This document shows, piece by piece, positions 25,401 to 35,130 of a stretch of DNA of 64,000 nucleotides. This DNA comes from Eledone cirrhosa (taxonomy: Eukaryota): the NCBI GenBank assembly GCA_964016885.1, contig OZ024762.1, positions 16,616,001 through 16,680,000 on the forward strand. The letters are read 5' to 3'. Made by a program: the position numbers and the translations under genes. Within the stretch, counting starts at the first letter, position 1. Every line of letters starts with the position of its first letter. The notes beneath the pieces were generated by a model. That model saw only the letters and a program-made list of their open reading frames with translations, was not told the DNA's origin and made no database searches.

Positions 25401-28400
25401 ACAAACTATCCCTGAAAATAGGATGAGATGACATAGGTGGATATATTTTGTTTCATCACAGGTATACTTAAATAGAACTGACCTAGGCTAAACAGAAAAT
25501 ACATTGACATCAGTCATATATTATGTTGACATCAGTCATATTATTATGTTGACATCAGTCATACACTATGTTGACATCAGTCATACTATGTTGACATCAG
25601 TCATACACTATGTTGACATCAGTCATATTATGTTGGCATCAGTCATATTATGTTGGCATCAGTCATACTATGTTGACATCAGTCATACACTACTGGGACA
25701 TTAGCCACACATCATCATCATAGTTTAATGTCCATATTTCCACGCTAGTATGGGTTAAACTACACACTACACAGATACCAGTCATATATAAAAACAAAAG
25801 AAAAATCACCCACCTTAGCCTCAAGTGAGTCAAGGCGCCGGCCTACGGTACGGATTATCTGGCACAAACACTCCAAGTCCTCAGCCATATCTTTAACGGG
25901 AAGGTTTTTCTTCTTTTCCAATAGCTGCTTGATGCATTTGTGCAAAATACCCTCGTGCAGCATTTCCAGTTTGCCAAGTTCACCTGCAATTAAATTAAGA
26001 CATCCTTAATTACAAACATAATTGAATAGGAAGAAAAAAAAAATTAAATCTCACACCTATGTAGGTCTACCTGGAGTGACTCTGATCGCCGAGTTTCACA
26101 CTTTCCAAATTGAGAGATCACAGTGTCGGAGAGGAGGGAGGGAGGGAAGGGGATAGGAAAATGTGTTTAAGGTTTTTCCCAAGATTTCTCCCAGGCCAAA
26201 TAGAATAATCATGTCATGTTTGGAGATTTTTATATATTTGTACTGTTTTTTATTGTTATTAAAGAATCACTGGACAGATTTTACGGGCAAAACCAACTGA
26301 CACGAAACCCAGAGGTAGACCCCGAGCAAGATGGTTGGATAACATCCATGAGCTTGGCTGGTCTCGCCGCTTGGGGATCCAGCTGGATCAGCTGCTTCTG
26401 AGAGGACCTGCTGGAGGGAGTGTTTGAGGACTCTTTCCCCACGACCCTCTTAGGAATGGGTGGGCGAAGAAGAAGACCTATGCAGGTTTAGCTAGCCTCC
26501 TCATTGGTTTCTTGTGTGTTTTATGACAGGGGTTCCAGTTTTATAATACTATTGTTGTTACACCTCATAATTATATGTTTAGCTGGCTGCCTATATGGTT
26601 GCATTGCATTGGAGGTTTCTTGGGTGTTTTAATGATAGGGACCCAAGCCCTATCAACACTACATGTTACAGCTCACACTACTGTAGGTTTAGCTGGACTC
26701 ATACAAGGCTATATCTGATTGAAGGCTTCTTTGATGTTTTAATAATAGGGTCCCCAGTCTTATGTTGTTACAGCTGTGAAGGTTTAGTTGGCGGCTGGCT
26801 TCCTATGAAGTTGTACCTGGTAGATCTCTTTCTTCTTTTTTTTTTTTGGAAGGTGTTCTAATGGAGGGGGGGGGGGGGCAGTTGTATCATGAAAAGCAAC
26901 GTGGAATAAAGCATCTCGCTCAAGAACACAAAGTCAGCACTTATAGGACACATGCCTAAGTACTCAGTCGAGGACTCAAACCCCAAACTCTAAGAGGCCA
27001 ACACTAACCACTAGGGCACATGCCTAAGTACCCAGTCCAGGATTCAAACCCCAAACCTTATTAGCTTATGACCAAGATCTCACCACTAACCACTAAGGAC
27101 ACATGCCTAACAGAATGACAGAAGTTAGATTACCAATCACAAAACAAAAATATACAACAGTAAACAATAAAATCTCAACTGACCAATAAATTTGATGTTG
27201 CCCAGCATTTTCTGTTTAGCCAGATGGTATTGCTCTGCTTCATCATCATTGAGGGGGCCATCTTTCTTATCAAATGCTGCAACAAAATAAACAACAATAT
27301 ATCATCATTTAACATCTACTTTCCATTCTCACATGGGTTAACCCTTTAGCATTTACATTACTCTATACATACTATTGTATTTTCACAGGAAAGGCTTTAT
27401 AGCATTTACATCACAATATATATACTATTATATTTTCATGGTAAACACTTTATCTTACGTAATTATCTCACAATATGGAACCTATGAGATTTTCATATTA
27501 TTTATTTTGAGAACAAAACCTTAACATCAGAATGAGCGGCTGGTTACAGCCGGTTTGAACAGAAAGGGGCCAGTTTACAGCCAGTTTAAATGCTAATGGG
27601 TTCAAGGACACACACATACAATATGTATAATATGAAGAGAACTTGTTTACCTTCGGTAGCACGGGATCGGTTTTCAAATTCATCCTGGCACTTATTTAAG
27701 AGTAGACGTCGAAAAGTCTGAAACATTAAATGATTAAAAAATTACAGGAGTTAAACTTTAACAGACTTTGGTCATAACTATAGGAGTTAAAATATAACAG
27801 ACTTTGGTCATAACTATAGGAGTTAAAATATAACAGACTTTGGTCATAACTATAGGAGTTAAAATATAACAGACTTTGGTCATAACTATAGGAGTTAAAA
27901 TATAACAGACTTTGGTCATAACTGTAGGAGTTAAAATATAACTGACAGTCATAACTATAGAAGGTAGACTATAACATGACTTTGGTCATAACTACAGGAG
28001 TTAAACTATAACTGACAGTCATAACTATAGGAGGTAGACTATAACATGACATTAGTCATAACTAGAGGAGTTAAACTATAACATGACATTAGTCATAACT
28101 ATAGGAGTTAAACTATAAGACTTTGGTCATAACTACAGGAGTTAAAATATAACTGGCAGTCATAACTATAGGAGGTAGACTATAACATGACTACAAGAGT
28201 TAAACTATAACATGACATCAGTCATAACTACAGGAGTTAAACTATAACTGACATTAGTCATAACTGTATGGCATGGACCCGTATCTCCTGAGTTGTAGAG
28301 GTGCCATATTGACATACAGAATTTCTTAGTGCATTTTAAAATCTGGAGAAGCCCCCATCTCCAATTCAAGGTCTGAGTACAGCAGATTTCTTCCAGAGGA

Positions 28401-31400
28401 CAGAGAGTGGGAGACTGGTAGTGAGAAAGAAAAAGAGATACAGAGGAAGGATTGACCCCAGTACTTGACTGGTATTTTTTATTTATTGACCTTGAATGGA
28501 TGAAAGGCAAAGTTGACCTTCACAGGAATTGAGCTGAGAGAGAAGAGAGCCAGAATGAATACCTCAAAACTCTCCGACAATCTAACAACTCTACAACAGG
28601 AGTTATAAAATATTTTGATATATTCTAAATATATAAAAGAAATTTATTTAAAACCAATGATTTTTTAACACACACGCACGTTTGAAAATACACACATAGA
28701 AAATTTGAAAATATATTCACCAAAATACAGGTAACTATAAATAATAGTTCAATAGATCAGGTAAAGTACTCCAGTCCACTATACACCTTTTTTGCACCTC
28801 CAAGAGTACTTTATCCAATATCCTCAGCTATTATTTATAGCTATCAACTATTTTTATAGTTTATCTACATTGTCAAACACACACATGAAACCCGACTGAA
28901 ATAGGATAAAAAAAATAAAATAACTTACAATAGTTTTAGTGGAAGAGTGATCAAAATTTGGAGCGTCCTTACAGAGACGGTGACATAGCTGTGCATAAAG
29001 TGAACTATATTTTGGCTCATCTAAGGCTTTTTCGAAGATCTGCAAATAAATTGAAGAGAAATATTTTAAAATTGATCACATGTAACAACAAAAAGTTAAT
29101 AAAAATTTTTTTTTATTAGGCTGCCTGAAACCATACCTGGTTTTACACGCACACACACATCATTTTAGCGTCAATCTTTCCATGCTTGCATGGGTTAGCC
29201 ATGTTGCACCTTCCTCCGGCGAGGACTGTAAATTCGGCTGGGTATTTTACAGTTGGATGCCCTTCCTAACACCAACCACATTTACAGTTTTATATATATA
29301 ATGTTGATTGCTACTTTTAGTCAGAAAAGTACCACCATTTCATTGAACATTGTACGGAGGTGACTTTTCAGACCCGCTTTTGTTTTGCAGGTACATTCAC
29401 AGATGTGACACTTGAGCTGTCTGTCTCCTCTTAAAACAAGCTCCGTGGTTAGTTTGACACTAGGATGGGGAACTTAACATCTCCCTTGAACTACAATCTC
29501 TTCTTTAACCCTTTAGCATTCACATTGAATTGTCAAATGTCATGTTCATCTATTCGCATTATTTTCACTTAATTATACTCAAGAGGGTTATCAATTTTAT
29601 TTGTTTGTAATTACTTTAATTTTCTATGTGCAGACTTGAAATTTTGTCAGTAGATGTTTAAATAACTATAATTTACAATTATATATTTTTACCTGATTTT
29701 TTTTGTTAAATTTGACTTTTATGGGCAAGTGAAATTAATTAACAGGTGTAAAAGTAATAACTTTATGGATAAACACAAAAATTTAAACTTTATCTGCCTT
29801 ATCTGTTAGATTTGTTGCAAAAAAATCCAATAATGATCTAGATGCTGATTTCCATCAATTCTAGCAGTTTTCTGAACAGGTGAATTAATTAAAAATGCAG
29901 GTGTAATCAGTACACGGTTTTAGTCTTTCTCTACATTCCAGGCAAATATTTTCATTGAAAAAAATGTATAAAACCTTTTCACCGGTCAAAATAATATTGG
30001 CAATGTACTCTGTAAATGTACGGTGTAAAATTACATAATAGAAAGTTCCCAATATATAAGTTTATACACACTTTTAAATTTTTCTGACAATATTTCAATT
30101 AATGGTCGTACTTTGTACAATGGGTCGTAATTTGATTCATTTCTACCAGGGGCATTTGAAGTATCAACTAGATGCAAATACTGGTTTAATTTAATGAATC
30201 TCGTTTTTGCCATAATACTAGATATATAAGGGTCACCAAACCTTATATCAGTACTCCAATAATTCCACAGTCGTGGAAATTGTTTAATACCAAACATAAT
30301 ATTTATGGTAAAAAACGCTTTCATTTCGGCAGAATCTGTCGGACAACATAACAGATCGGGTTTTCCGATATTAGAAATTTGTTGTTGTGCATAGCGATTT
30401 GCCACAACTTCGAAGAAAGATTGTGGTAAAAATAAAAAATAATAATCCAGTGCTTTAGCATCGGGTGGTAATGTGTGTTGTGGTCCAATATTTTCAGTAA
30501 AATCCGAAACATGTATCGATGTTGTTTCTTTCAACCACGTTGCTATTTTTTCAATGGTGTCAGTCAAATCTTCTCTTTCACTTTCAAAGTAACTATCATC
30601 ATTATCAGATATATCAGAAATAAATATATCTGATTCGTTTGAAGATAAATCACTGATATTATCTTCTGTTTCTTTTTGATCTCGAATGTCGTCGGACGTA
30701 AAACCTTCAAATTCGTTGTCGCTACTTTCGGAAGCCATGTTACACTTTCAACGTTAAAAACACGTGTTATCGCAAGTTCTTTAACTATACTAAGAGTTAA
30801 TTTTCGCGCGTAAGGGCTTTATCTCGCAGTAATCTCGAATTGACGAGATTTCGATGATGTCAATGTTTATTTTTAGAAGGAAATCTCCGTGTGGTATTAA
30901 ATGTCGGTTTTTGTCGGTTTGAATAAATGAAAGGGGACATAATTTTGTCGGTTTTTGTCGCTTTGAACGCTAAAGGGTTAAGTGTCAACCTATATCAGCT
31001 AGTATTGACCATAGTTTTTCAATCATTGGTAAAATACTAAAAGACAAGAGTTTTTCTCCTGAGAACTTGGAATTTTATATTGCAGCAATGTATAATATAT
31101 AAATAGTTTTGATTTTATCATTTGTTATTTTTTTTTAATGAATAATAAAGATTTTGAGTTTTTTTTCTAATTTCTTTAGGTCTCCATAAAGTCTAAAAAC
31201 AAAAAAAAATTATGGTTTAAAAAAAAAAATAGCCCTAATAATTACAAAAGAACAAGAATCCTTACCAGAAGAATAATTCCCTTAAGGATGAGCTGGGAGT
31301 CAATACCAACATTTAGAAGCTCCAAACTTAACTTATCAAACTTCTCCGGAGTAAGTTTATTGAGAATTCTAGAAAATAAAGAAATCATATTGTAAAATTA

Positions 31401-34399
31401 CAATTCAATATTCTCCAATCAATATTTAGAATGGTTCAATAATAAGATTTAAAAAGGTTTAACAATCAATACTAATTTAAAGATCTAAAATCATCAGCAG
31501 ATTGACAATTTTTACTGCATATCTTGTGTGTATATATATAACTCCTGAGGGAGTCAGAGGGATGCCATAGTGACATGCACTATGTCTTGGGCACATGAAC
31601 CCATTACCATTTACATTACTTTATATTTACTATTGTTTTTTGTTTTTTTATGGTAAACACTTTATCTCACATAATATTGAAGCTAATAGATTTTGATATT
31701 ATTTATTTCGAGAACGGTGGATTGGCAGTATCGGTAGAGAGTCAGACGCCATGCTTTCCAGCATAGTTACGTCCCTTTACGGTCTGAGTTCAAATCTCGT
31801 CGAGGTTAACTTTGCCTTTCATCCTTACGGGGTCGATAAAATAAAGTACCAGTAATGTACTGGGTAATTGCTGGCCTTGTGCCTAAAGTAGAAACAATTA
31901 TTTATTTCGAGAACAATACCTTAACATCAGTATGAGTGGCCAGTTATGGCAAGTTTGAACAAAAAGAAGTGAGAGAATTCTGGCCAGATGTAACCGATTT
32001 AAATGCTAAAGGGTTAAATCTGGCAGAGTCCATCTCTTCTGCAGATCTTAACATAACAGGTTCCTTCCAGAGACTGAGAGACAAGAAGTGATAAAGAAGA
32101 AAGAGATATATAGAGGAAGAATCGGCCCCAGTACGTGACTGGTACTTTTATTTATCAATCTCAAAAGGATAGAAAGCAACATTGATTATGGCAGGATTTG
32201 AATTCAGGACTCAGCAAGCCAGAATGAAAACTGAAGCATGTTGTTTGGAACTCTGATATCGCCAACCCACAGCAGGTTTTGAATTCAGAGCACAGAAAAC
32301 CGGAACATATACTGCAAAGCATGTTGTCTCATGCTCTACCAATACTGCCAATTCACCACCCAACTGCTAAAAATAACAACCTAAACTATAATAAAGGAAG
32401 GTCTGCGGGACTGCGTACGGTTTAATATTTTTTATCCCGTTAGTAAAATAAGTTGGATTACTTTGAAAAAATAATGAATGAATATTACATAATTTATCTA
32501 CTAAATTTCGTTATTCTTGATTAAATATAAATAATTATGTTGCTTATTTAAAGATTCACTTCTTTAAAATTTTCAAATGTCAACACTTCTGGTCAGCAAT
32601 CATTTAAATAAACATTCATATATTTCTGTCACTAATTTTTTCCTAATGCAGTTTATATATAATATCGTCTTTTTTTAATGTATCATGGATTACGTTACTG
32701 ATTAAATAAGACAGTGTAACGCAGTCTTCGTTTAATTTCTGTGTATATTGTCAATTACGATTTTATTTGATGTATCATATCTACATGTATATATACTTGC
32801 GTATAATATCAATATACACACTACACATGTTAGCAGAAAAACCGCCTGAAGGGTGGTTATTCTGCTAGTAATAATAATAATAAAAGTGTCAGAAAACATA
32901 CCCTCTGGCCTTACGGAATATCAGATCATTTTTCTCATCAACTGAAAGACCATCTCGTTGTTTACTAGGTGGATTCCATCTGAAAAAGTCGAAAGATTTA
33001 TTGTTTTAAAAAATCAAAAGCAAACAAAAAGGTAACAATCCAATTCAGTTATATTTTCTTAGGAAGCCTCTGAATTAAGCATGGGCACCTTTTGCAAGCA
33101 ATGAGCCACATGAGGCATGGCTCATAAGGTGACAGCACTATTAAAAAAAATTCAAGGTGTGCCAAAGCCAAATAAGCTACAGTTTACCTGCAACTGCTCT
33201 ATATGGTGTCCTCAATTTGCTAGAAACATCAGCCGAATGATCTCAAAATGACATCCTGTTTTATATTATTCATGTGGTATTTAGAACATGAAGCTCCTTA
33301 CATAAAATAATTGTTTCTACGTTTGGCACAAGGCCAGCAATTACTCAGTACATTACTGGTACTTTATTTTATCGACCCCATAAGGATGAAAGGCAAAATT
33401 AACCTCGACAAGATTTGAACTCAGACCATAAAGGGACGTAACTATGCTGGAAAGCATGGTGTCCGACCCTAATGATGGAAGAAGCTATTTAGATAAATAT
33501 AAACATTTTAACCCTTTTGTCACCATATTTCTAATAAAAAAATACTGCCTACTTCAATTAATTTTGAAAATAATCGACAATTAGAAGTCAGTCAGTAACA
33601 TAACTAATTATTTCATTTTTAATTATGTTTGAAACATAATTTAAACATTTTCATATAGCTATGGATGCAAGAGGTTATATTGTGTGTATCCCAGTTTTTA
33701 GAAAAGGTACACCATATCCCTGTGTATTGTGAGAGGCAACTAAAAGAGTTGACATCAGGAATGACATCTTAAACCATCCCAGCATGGAAATGTGGACAAA
33801 ACAAACTGCTTTGTATCATAAAAAACAGGGGTGGTTTCAGGCATTTTGGTATCAAAGGGTTAAGGTATTGCTGTAATATTACCTTTACTTAACTTCCCTC
33901 TCTCTCTCTCTCGCTCTCAAAAATGTGGCTAAAATAAACATAGTTGTTTTATTATGTATTACCATGGTTATTACGACCAGAATTGTCTCCAAGACAATTT
34001 GCTGATCATATAAACAGTATGAAGTGACCCGGTCCTATCACAAAAACAATGCCCCCATCAACGTTGTAGTACTACCTTTTATTTTAACCTTACGTTCACA
34101 AAATGTTAACCCTTTAGCATTCACATTACACTATATATACTATTGTATTTTCATGGTAAAGGCTTTACCTCACATAATATCAAATCTATGAGATTTTGAA
34201 AGTATTTTTTTGAGAACGATACCTTAACATCAGTTTGAGTGACCAGTTACAGCCAGTTTCCACAGAAAAAGGCAGAGAATTCTGGCCGGTTTTGAACATT
34301 AAAGGGTTAAAGTCACAATAAAACAGAGAGAAATGAGGGAAAAACTCACCGTCCTCCGGAGCGTCGGGAAACACCACCCTCTTCTTTATGTCCGTCCAG
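6897..34399 (-). CDS. EIF4G2: Eukaryotic translation initiation factor 4 gamma 2 (DAP5/NAT1/p97); whole spliced CDS, 23 coding exons, 2793 nt, 930 aa, inferred CUG start
   Basis: Exons join in phase at GT-AG sites. Diagnostic peptides: IFRKARGILNKLTPEKFDKL, IFEKALDEPKYSSLYAQLC, KMLGNIKFIGELGKL, SRIRFMLQDVVELR (MIF4G); IGTGPGVI; ETDVPLIKSY (MA3); EEEAFLKWKEDINDEYPGKGKALFQVNQWLTWLEQAEEESEDEDDD* (W2). No N-terminal eIF4E-binding extension. Confidence 0.96.
7614..7674 (-). pseudogene. tRNA-Phe(GAA) pseudogene lacking the T-loop
   Basis: GCTGAAATAGCTCAGTTGGGAGAATGTTAGACTGAAGATTTAAAGGTCCC|GAGTTTCGGCA; matches eukaryotic tRNA-Phe with about 12 nt deleted. Confidence 0.8.
8117..8238 (-). CDS. EIF4G2: eIF4G2 coding exon 22
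   Basis: MLRRFFMHFYDMEIIEEEAFLKWKEDINDEYPGKGKALFQ. Confidence 0.96.
8280..9130. repeat. 32-bp minisatellite, about 26 copies
   Basis: aatagcaggacattctcgtagtatggaaccac. Confidence 0.95.
9541..9637 (-). CDS. EIF4G2: eIF4G2 coding exon 21
   Basis: VVLQQFLHDHTDLQVVALYASQVFCYNNQFPK. Confidence 0.94.
9766..10212. repeat. 35-bp minisatellite
   Basis: cccaagtatgagagggtcaactttagagacagaga. Confidence 0.95.
10475..10764. repeat. 39-bp minisatellite abutting a splice donor
   Basis: aaggatatcttggtttatacaacacaataccattgaaga. Confidence 0.95.
10766..10877 (-). CDS. EIF4G2: eIF4G2 coding exon 20
   Basis: ILKYITKASTLLENCDPSIPPEKHLVEKEKDMLDKLK. Confidence 0.93.
11610..11862. repeat. 47-48-bp SINE-derived minisatellite
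   Basis: accactttatagtgtgggttgggcggttttgtcatgacacctacacg. Confidence 0.9.
12247..12451 (-). CDS. EIF4G2: eIF4G2 coding exon 19
   Basis: ECDQSKEKMMEILEDRSLSFLFPLLRIQSELWKQI...GFINILTT. Confidence 0.95.
13505..13763 (-). CDS. EIF4G2: eIF4G2 coding exon 18
   Basis: AYRSVLEKLADLETDVPLIKSYVA...GAHYPLFLISLQQ...SKINLQDMLP. Confidence 0.95.
13805..14141. repeat. 79-bp tandem repeat of the MITE left end, about 4 copies
   Basis: Unit starts ttaaccctttagcatttaaacc. Confidence 0.9.
14396..14475 (-). CDS. EIF4G2: eIF4G2 coding exon 17
   Basis: DTEREKVMNLIVGMKPENLITSETFMG. Confidence 0.9.
14885..15675. repeat. 48-bp SINE-derived minisatellite, about 16 copies
   Basis: cccagcccacactgtaaagtggttgtgtaggtgtcacgacaaaaagca. 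Confidence 0.95.
16461..16513 (-). CDS. EIF4G2: eIF4G2 coding exon 16
   Basis: FIADSIYKMMINNVDKT, phase 2-1. Confidence 0.88.
16753..16928. mobile_element. piggyBac-type MITE
   Basis: TTAA-CCCTTTAGCA...AAAGGG-TTAA. Confidence 0.8.
17043..17176 (-). ncRNA. Candidate intronic H/ACA-like RNA
   Basis: Two hairpins separated by AGATAA (ANANNA); second hairpin followed by ACA; sense to host gene; folded by eye only. Confidence 0.3.
17213..17826. repeat. 48-bp minisatellite, about 13 copies
   Basis: agtacactctgtaaagtggtagtgttggtgtcatgataaaatacaccc. Confidence 0.95.
17919..18001 (-). CDS. EIF4G2: eIF4G2 coding exon 15 (MA3 start)
   Basis: TSLLDDYFNSGDVQAATSAVKDLNAPN. Confidence 0.92.
18722..18811 (-). 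CDS. EIF4G2: eIF4G2 coding exon 14
   Basis: PQITIKQANPEKSKAVKKAPLTKKELENSM. Confidence 0.9.
20091..20350 (-). CDS. EIF4G2: eIF4G2 coding exon 13
   Basis: FPAPGRDLPQRFMRMN...EDINLRP...PHLINKQ. Confidence 0.9.
21052..21309 (-). CDS. EIF4G2: eIF4G2 coding exon 12 (low-complexity linker)
   Basis: NFSNQFNNRRMQDNSGGG...QPPLSSVQRTQ, cag/gtgag, phase 1-1. Confidence 0.88.
21855..21950 (-). CDS. EIF4G2: eIF4G2 coding exon 11
   Basis: NIGTGPGVIQADGFLSGYSMNMGRRGSQPTP. Confidence 0.92.
22038..22837. repeat. GA-rich tract followed by 33-bp minisatellite
   Basis: (GA)n at 22038-22270; aaagttaagaacaagatctgggaacaagatcta from 22298. Confidence 0.95.
22939..23095 (-). CDS. EIF4G2: eIF4G2 coding exon 10
   Basis: EFGIYLGLPDGSGRSGGPAGSLFGSRMMNG...GGLADIFSAAPTGLL, phase consistent. 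Confidence 0.9.
23305..23910 (+). repeat. 123-bp tandem repeat (5 copies) of a LINE ORF 3' segment
   Basis: Units start at 23305, 23428, 23551, 23674, 23797; contain the YGHVVRMSQERI-coding motif. Confidence 0.9.
24164..24235 (-). CDS. EIF4G2: eIF4G2 coding exon 9
   Basis: WVPRKVLSDHGPKTISQIRQEAAD. Confidence 0.94.
24513..24666. mobile_element. piggyBac-type MITE
   Basis: TTAA-CCCTTTAGCA...TGCTAAAGGG-TTAA. Confidence 0.8.
24880..24990 (-). CDS. EIF4G2: eIF4G2 coding exon 8
   Basis: AWMDKYFERIKNFASNSDLPSRIRFMLQDVVELRANK. Confidence 0.95.
25814..25983 (-). CDS. EIF4G2: eIF4G2 coding exon 7
   Basis: ELGKLEMLHEGILHKCIKQLLEKKK...DLECLCQIIRTVGRRLDSLEAK. Confidence 0.95.
27184..27276 (-). CDS. 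EIF4G2: eIF4G2 coding exon 6 (contains first in-frame ATG, codon 160)
   Basis: AFDKKDGPLNDDEAEQYHLAKQKMLGNIKFIG. Confidence 0.95.
27651..27717 (-). CDS. EIF4G2: eIF4G2 coding exon 5
   Basis: TFRRLLLNKCQDEFENRSRATE. Confidence 0.95.
27745..28265. repeat. Roughly 36-bp minisatellite
   Basis: aacagactttggtcataactataggagttaaaatat. Confidence 0.9.
28929..29039 (-). CDS. EIF4G2: eIF4G2 coding exon 4
   Basis: IFEKALDEPKYSSLYAQLCHRLCKDAPNFDHSSTKTI. Confidence 0.95.
29509..30977 (-). mobile_element. Internally deleted piggyBac transposon
   Basis: TTAA duplications at 29505-29508 and 30978-30981; TIRs CCCTTTAGCATTCA / TGAACGCTAAAGGG; contains the N-terminal half of a transposase ORF. Confidence 0.9.
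30031..30738 (-). pseudogene. Truncated piggyBac (PGBD4-like) transposase
   Basis: Acidic N-terminus, then EMKAFF..I.FGI...YWST...MAKTRF..L...LHL.D and DPLYKVRPLIE; stops before the DDD catalytic core. Confidence 0.88.
31266..31368 (-). CDS. EIF4G2: eIF4G2 coding exon 3
   Basis: ILNKLTPEKFDKLSLELLNVGIDSQLILKGIILL, tag/gtaag. Confidence 0.95.
31716..31896 (+). mobile_element. Full-length tRNA-derived SINE (about 180 bp) with target-site duplication. Other copies at about 3108-3283, 5876-6170, 18850-19160, 33310-33470, 35250-35680, 36317-36520, 39820-40050, 43650-43765, 61937-62123
   Basis: A/B-box-like head (ggcagtatcggtag...gagttcaaatc); 18-bp duplication attatttatttcgagaac on both sides; many dispersed copies. 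Confidence 0.85.
32902..32979 (-). CDS. EIF4G2: eIF4G2 coding exon 2
   Basis: WNPPSKQRDGLSVDEKNDLIFRKARG, cag/gtatg. Confidence 0.93.
34110..34306. mobile_element. piggyBac-type MITE. Further copies at about 7680-8075, 18115-18330, 21680-21830, 27340-27600, 31600-32012, 36635-36822
   Basis: TTAA-flanked, TIR CCCTTTAGCATTCA, shared internal sequence. Confidence 0.8.
34350..34399 (-). CDS. EIF4G2: eIF4G2 coding exon 1 (coding part of exon 34350-34465), CUG start
   Basis: Acceptor tttcag at 34466; in-frame TAA at 34450-34448; ataCTGG then DGHKEEGGVSRRSGG; donor CG|gtgagt in phase with the next exon. Confidence 0.82.
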
Positions 34400-34889
34400 T
34401 ATGCTGCTTGTTGTTGGAAGGAAACACCAACGTGCAGTTGTGATTATTTAAAAAAAAAATTTACCCTGAAAGAAAAAGACATTCGAAGAGAGATTTTAGC
34501 AATGTAAACTGACAAACTCATTTTACACAACATATATAAAATATGTGGGGCTTATTATGGTGGGTGCACATACATTTGGTAGGTCACATTGCAATAATCC
34601 TTCAATAAGTAACCCTTTTGATACCAAACTGTCTGAAACTGACCCTTCTTCCTGAGGGTGTCATGAGGGCAGAGTCCTCAAACACTCCTTCCAGCAGGTC
34701 CTGGCAGAAGTAACAATCTCCAACTGATCAGGCTGGAATCCCAAGCATGACCAGCCAAGCTCATGGATGTTATACCCTGTTCTGCGCTGTATAACTATGT
34801 CCTTTAAAGTGTTTATGGTTATCTAAGAACCTTCCTTCATAATTTTATGTAGGAACATTTGTTAAGCTGTGTTCCGAACACCAGCTGAA

Positions 34890-35130
34890 CAATACTGCAC
34901 TTCGGGCTGAGGAGGGTAAACTCTCTGCCAGGTTTGCAGTCGAGCCCGTACTAGTGGAGACTGCTGGTGTCCTTGGCCCTCGGGCTACCTCCCTACTCAC
35001 CACCATCAGCACAGTTGGCTACCTGCAGGTGTCAGCCTCACAAGCTGGAATGGCTCTTCCAGCGCATCTTCCTCACCATCCTCCCGGGAAACACCTTTTC
35101 TATTCTGTGCGCCGAGGTAGCCTGTGCGAA
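34890..35130 (+). mobile_element. Degenerate CRE/NeSL-like LINE C-terminal (RLE endonuclease region) fragment
   Basis: Frameshifted PVLVETAGVLGP and WLFQRIFLTILPGNTFSIL. Confidence 0.6.

Noticed and set aside
6963-34349. SNORD97 orthologue in an eIF4G2 intron
   Set aside because: I did not find a C box plus tRNA-Met guide (AGATTATGAGA) plus D box arrangement by eye; similar words belong to MITE copies. A covariance-model search is needed to exclude it.
6897-34399. Call as eIF4G1/eIF4G3
   Set aside because: Only about 35 aa precede MIF4G, there is an upstream in-frame stop, and the motifs (EGGxSR, IGTGPGVI, YPGKGKALFQV) are eIF4G2-type
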